Shown piece by piece: positions 58,285 through 64,000 of a DNA stretch of 64,000 bases. Within the stretch, counting starts at the first letter, position 1; every line of letters begins with the position of its first letter. This stretch comes from Roseateles sp. (GTDB lineage Bacteria; Pseudomonadota; Gammaproteobacteria; Burkholderiales; Burkholderiaceae_C). The notes under the pieces were generated by a model. It worked only from the letters and a program-made list of their open reading frames with translations, did no database searches and was not told the DNA's origin. The DNA is taken from positions 825,332 to 889,331 of the forward strand of contig NZ_OZ253537.1 of assembly GCF_965262435.1 (NCBI RefSeq). Direction: 5' to 3'. Position numbers and translations under genes: made by a program.

Positions 58285-60417
58285 TCACCAGATCTTGCAG
58301 CGCTTGCTCTCTTCCTTGACCATTTTTTGACCCGGCTTGCATGCGAAAGCCTGGGCAAACTCCGGCATGTTCACGGCCACACCGTTGATGCGGTAGCGGC
58401 CCGGCGAATGCGGGTTGGTCAGGGCTTGCACGCGCAGCGCCTCGGGGCGGGCGGTGTTGCAGTCCCACTGACCGAAGCCGATGAAGAAACGCTGCTCGGG
58501 CGTCAGGCCGTCGATGGGCGCCAGCTTCTGCGTGGCGGTCTGCTCGCGCCAGGCGGCCAGGGCCAGCACCATGCCGCCCAGGTCGGCCAGGTCCTCGCCC
58601 AGGGTCAGGCGGCTGTTGATCTTGATGTCATCGACGATGGTGTACTGCGCATATTGCTCGACCACGCAGGCGGCGCGCTTTTCAAACGCGCGGCCGTCCT
58701 TCTTGGCCCACCAGTCCTTGAGATTGCCCTTGGCATCGAACTGGCGACCCTCATCGTCGAAGCCGTGGATCAGCTCATGGCCGATGGTGCCGCCGGTGTT
58801 GCCATAGCTGGGCGCGTCGTCGAGCTTGGTGTCGAACAGCGGCGGCTGCAGCACGCCGGCGGGGAAGTTGATGTCGTTCATCTGCGGGTTGTAGTACGCG
58901 TTCACCGTCTGCGGCGTCATGCCCCACTCGCCGCGGTCCAGCGGCTTGCCGATCTTGTTCAGCTGGCGCCGCGCTTCGAAGGCATTGCCGCGCTGCACAT
59001 TGCCCAGGAAGTCATCGCGCTTGATCTCCAGCGCGCTGTAGTCGCGCCAGACATCGGGGTAGCCGATCTTGTTGACGATGCTGTGCAGCTTCTCCAGCGC
59101 ACGCGTTTGCGTGGCCGGGCTCATCCATTCCAGCGCCTTAACGCGCTGGGCCATGGCGCGCTCGATCTGTTCGGTCATCTGCTGGGTCTTGGCCTTCAGC
59201 TCGGGGCTGAAATTGCGTGCCACGAACTCCTGGCCCAGGGCTTCGCCGATCTGGTTGTCCACCAGCTCGACACAGCGCTTCCAGCGTGCCTTGAGCTGGG
59301 GCACGCCGTTGAGCGTCTGGCCAAAGAAGTCGAAGTTGGCCTGCACCACGGCCTGGTTCAGATGCGGCGCCTGGCTGCTCAGGGTCTGCCAGCGCAGGTA
59401 GGTCTTGATGTCGTCCAGGCTGCTCTTCTTGAGCAGGCCGGCCAGGGCCTTGAAGAAGGCCGGCTCGGTGACGTTGAAGACCCGGGTGGAAGCCGGCACG
59501 CCCAGGGCCTGCTGGTAGGCCGCCCAGTCGAAGCCGGGGGTCAGGGCTTGCAGGCCGCGGGCGTCGAACTTGTGGAAAGTCTTGTAGGGGTCACGCTTGT
59601 CCACACGGCTCAGGGTGGCGCGGGCCAGGGTGGTTTCCATGGCCAGCACGCGGGCGGCGGCCGCCTGAGCCTGGCTTGCGCTGCTGCCGCCAAGCTCGAA
59701 CATGCGGGCGATGTGGGCGCTGAACGCTTTCCGCATCTTGAGCGATTTCGCATCGCTCTTCAGATAGTAGTCGCGGTCCGGCAAGCTGATGCCACCGGCC
59801 ATGGCAAAGGCAATCAGCTGGCTGGAGTCGGCCAGGTCCTGGCTCGATGTGAAGGCAAAGAACAGGCGCTCGTTGTTGCTGGCCAGCTGCAGGGCGGCCA
59901 GCAGGGCCGGCAGCTCCTGCTTGCTGCTCAGGCCGTCGATGCGGCTCAGCAGCGGTTGCAGGGCTTGCAGGCCACGGCGCTCGGCCGCGCCTTCGTCCAT
60001 GCAGGCGGCGTAGTAGTCGGCCATCTGAGCCTGGCTGGCGTTCAGCTGCGCGGCCGGGCTGCTTGCCAGACGCTCCAGGATGCCCCAGAGATAACGCTGG
60101 TTCTCATCGGCCATCTTGGCATAGACCGACCAGCGCGACTGGTCGGCCGGCACCGGGTTCTTTTCCATCCAGCCGCCGCAGACGTACTGGTAAAAGTCTT
60201 CGCAGGGGTCGACGCTGCGGTCCATGGCCTGCAGGTCCAGGCTGGGCGTGTAGGGCAGGCTGGTCAGGGGCTGTTCCTTGGCGGCGCTGTTGTTGCCATC
60301 ACTGGTCTGGGCCTGGGCCAGCAGACTCAGCGTCCCCAGGCTCAGGGCGCTCAACAGGGCTTTGAAGGGCGCACTGCGGCGCATGGGCTGGGAGATCTTG
60401 GGCATGGGGGGCGGCAT
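58285..60417 (-). CDS. M13 family metalloendopeptidase
   Basis: 'PCEDFYQYVCGGW', 'VNAYYNP..N.I.FPAG.LQPP', 'HELIHGFDDEG', 'GEDLADLGG'. Confidence 0.96.
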   Translation of the reverse strand: MPPPMPKISQPMRRSAPFKALLSALSLGTLSLLAQAQTSDGNNSAAKEQPLTSLPYTPSLDLQAMDRSVDPCEDFYQYVCGGWMEKNPVPADQSRWSVYAKMADENQRYLWGILERLASSPAAQLNASQAQMADYYAACMDEGAAERRGLQALQPLLSRIDGLSSKQELPALLAALQLASNNERLFFAFTSSQDLADSSQLIAFAMAGGISLPDRDYYLKSDAKSLKMRKAFSAHIARMFELGGSSASQAQAAAARVLAMETTLARATLSRVDKRDPYKTFHKFDARGLQALTPGFDWAAYQQALGVPASTRVFNVTEPAFFKALAGLLKKSSLDDIKTYLRWQTLSSQAPHLNQAVVQANFDFFGQTLNGVPQLKARWKRCVELVDNQIGEALGQEFVARNFSPELKAKTQQMTEQIERAMAQRVKALEWMSPATQTRALEKLHSIVNKIGYPDVWRDYSALEIKRDDFLGNVQRGNAFEARRQLNKIGKPLDRGEWGMTPQTVNAYYNPQMNDINFPAGVLQPPLFDTKLDDAPSYGNTGGTIGHELIHGFDDEGRQFDAKGNLKDWWAKKDGRAFEKRAACVVEQYAQYTIVDDIKINSRLTLGEDLADLGGMVLALAAWREQTATQKLAPIDGLTPEQRFFIGFGQWDCNTARPEALRVQALTNPHSPGRYRINGVAVNMPEFAQAFACKPGQKMVKEESKRCKIW

Positions 60418-60482
60418 CGTTGGCGACCGTCATGGGTCGAAGCCTCGGATTCTCCGCCAAGCGCGACGCGCGCTGGCGCAGT

Positions 60483-61577
60483 TCAGCGCGCGGTCTGCTT
60501 GAGCACTTCGTCCTGCCAGGTCTCGCGCAGCTTCTTCATCTCCCAGGCCCAGACAAAGGGGCGCAGGGCGCGGGCGCGGCTGTACTGGGCCGGGTCCAGC
60601 AGGCGCTGGCGCAGCTCGGGCGGCAGGTCCAGGTGAGCGATGCGAATCGGCCGGGCATAGCCGCGCGCCAGCTGCAGCTGGCCGGCGTCGCTGAAGATGT
60701 ACTCGCGTGCCAGCTGCGCGGCATTGGGGTGCGGTGCGTGGCGGTTGATGAGGGTGGTGTAGCCGCTGGTGACCGAGCCGTCGGTGGGAATCAGTACTTC
60801 GTAGTCGGCAGGCTGCGTCAGGCGGCTGCGATGGCCCAGGGCGACGAAATCCCAGAGCAGGAAGACATCGGCCTTGCCGCGCTGCAAGTCGTCCACCGTG
60901 GCATTGCTGTGAATCAGCCGGCCCTGCCGGGCCAGCTTGGCAAAGGCCTCCAGCGCCGGCTGCAGGCGCACTTCATCGCCGCCCAGTGCGATGGCGGCCG
61001 CCAACACATTGGCGCTGGCCTGGGCCGAGCTGCCGACGCCGCCGACCTGCACCGTGTAGGGGCCATCAAACAGCTCCTGCCAGCTGCGCGGCACCCGCCC
61101 GCCGTGCCGCTTCTTGTTGACGGCAAAGGCAATCGTGCCGGTGTAGGCCAGGGCCCAGTAGCCATCTTCGTCGCGCGCCCAGGCGGGGATCTGCTCCCAA
61201 TACTTGGGCTTGTGCGGCCGGCTGATGCCACGCCCGCGCGCCACCGCGCCATATTCGAAGCCGACATCGCCCAGGTCCACGGTGCCGCGGCTGCCGTCGC
61301 GCGCCATGCGCTCGATCTCGTCGGCGCTGTTCATGTTCTCGTCGCTGTGCTCGATGCCGTAGAGCCGCTTCAGGTCGGCCCAGATGCCCGCCCAGTTGGC
61401 CCAGCTGTCGGGCATGCCCAGGGTGTGGAGTCGGCCCTCGGCACGGGCCGCGGCTTCCAGCTGGCGCTCTGCGCTCAGCGCCGGCAGGCCGGGTGCGAGC
61501 GGTGCGGACGCCGCCAGCTGCGCCAGCGCCTGCCCGGTGGGCAGGCTCAGGGCGGTGAGCAGTAGGCGGCGTTGCAT
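60483..61577 (-). CDS. orphan ABC substrate-binding protein (PotD/AfuA-like superfamily)
   Basis: RR leader, 'LGMPDSWANW', 'YTGTIAF', 'P.SWQEL', 'APHPNAAQLAREYIFSD.GQ'. Confidence 0.8.
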   Translation of the reverse strand: MQRRLLLTALSLPTGQALAQLAASAPLAPGLPALSAERQLEAAARAEGRLHTLGMPDSWANWAGIWADLKRLYGIEHSDENMNSADEIERMARDGSRGTVDLGDVGFEYGAVARGRGISRPHKPKYWEQIPAWARDEDGYWALAYTGTIAFAVNKKRHGGRVPRSWQELFDGPYTVQVGGVGSSAQASANVLAAAIALGGDEVRLQPALEAFAKLARQGRLIHSNATVDDLQRGKADVFLLWDFVALGHRSRLTQPADYEVLIPTDGSVTSGYTTLINRHAPHPNAAQLAREYIFSDAGQLQLARGYARPIRIAHLDLPPELRQRLLDPAQYSRARALRPFVWAWEMKKLRETWQDEVLKQTAR

Positions 61578-61628
61578 ACGTAGATTGTTACAGTTTGTGC
61601 CCGCGCGACCCAGGGCACAGCGCACGGA

Positions 61629-63509
<1,881 letters not shown>

Positions 63510-63560
63510 CGAGTCCGCAATGGTACGCCCCCGGCTCGCCATGATCCGTTAGGCCTTTTG

Positions 63561-63578
63561 CCGTCATCGCGCTGTCGC
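63561..63578 (+). promoter_or_regulatory. putative Pho box
   Basis: CCGTCAT-CGCG-CTGTCGC resembles CTGTCAT-N4-CTGTCAC and lies about 100 bp upstream of phoX. Confidence 0.5.
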
Positions 63579-63675
63579 TTGAGTTCTGCACATTTCGCGC
63601 TGCGCTGGCGGAAGCCGGCCATCACCGCCGTGAATTTCCGTAAGTTACCCCCAACGACAGCAGCAGGAGCCATCC

Positions 63676-64000
63676 ATGAAGGGCATCAAGCACCCCCGCA
63701 ATGACGAGACGATCAATCCGTCCGGCAATGCATCGATTTACGACATCATCGACGGCATCGACAGCAGCCGCCGTACCTTCATCAAGGGCTCGGTCGGTAC
63801 CACCGCCCTGGCCGCCGCCGGTGGCCTGACCCTGTCGGGCCTGGTTGGTACCGTGCAAGCCGCGCCCGTGCCCGCAGGCCTGGGTTTCCCTGGCATTGGT
63901 TTTGAAAGCGTGCCCGCCAGCGTGTCCGTCACCACGGCGCCTGCAGCGTCGGCCGTGGCCGACAAGATCACCGTGCCGGCCGGCTACACCGCCGAGTTGT
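63676..64000 (+). CDS. phoX: PhoX-family alkaline phosphatase (3' partial)
   Basis: Translated by hand: 'NPSGNASIYDII..SRRTFIKG' (Tat signal), 'GFESVPAS', 'DKITVPAGY'; GGAG RBS; runs off the window. Confidence 0.8.
   Translation, partial: MKGIKHPRNDETINPSGNASIYDIIDGIDSSRRTFIKGSVGTTALAAAGGLTLSGLVGTVQAAPVPAGLGFPGIGFESVPASVSVTTAPAASAVADKITVPAGYTAEL

Overview
High-GC betaproteobacterial chromosome segment (Burkholderiales; Roseateles/Paucibacter-like by gene content, which is inference) spanning the origin-proximal core mnmE-yidC-yidD-rnpA-rpmH / dnaA-dnaN-gyrB. Left (5.6-28.2 kb): a large pectin/oligogalacturonide locus (kdgR, two PL1 lyases, pectin methylesterase, ogl, togMNAB, kduID, kdgF, TonB-dependent receptor, SGNH acetylesterase, kdgK, TRAP transporter) with two recognisable KdgR operators. 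Directly after gyrB lies an accessory island (about 38.8-46.2 kb, lower GC in its left part). It carries the best candidate for an undescribed system: a NERD nuclease gene followed on the same strand by a 1276-aa fusion of SAM methyltransferase, PLD nuclease, SF2 helicase, UmuD/LexA-like S24 domain and DUF3427 (SRA/PUA-like). The island also holds several small unknown genes, an MNT antitoxin with a 19-codon HEPN remnant, and a gene flanked by a duplicated gene start. Other notable signals: DnaA-box-like 9-mers encoded inside an RnpA loop insertion, a predicted ~490-nt rpmH leader, a structured terminator-ended RNA divergent from an Lrp gene, and an inverted 15-bp motif on both sides of a WYL regulator. 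No rRNA, tRNA, CRISPR array, integrase or transposase was seen. All family calls come from motif recognition by eye; no database searches were run.
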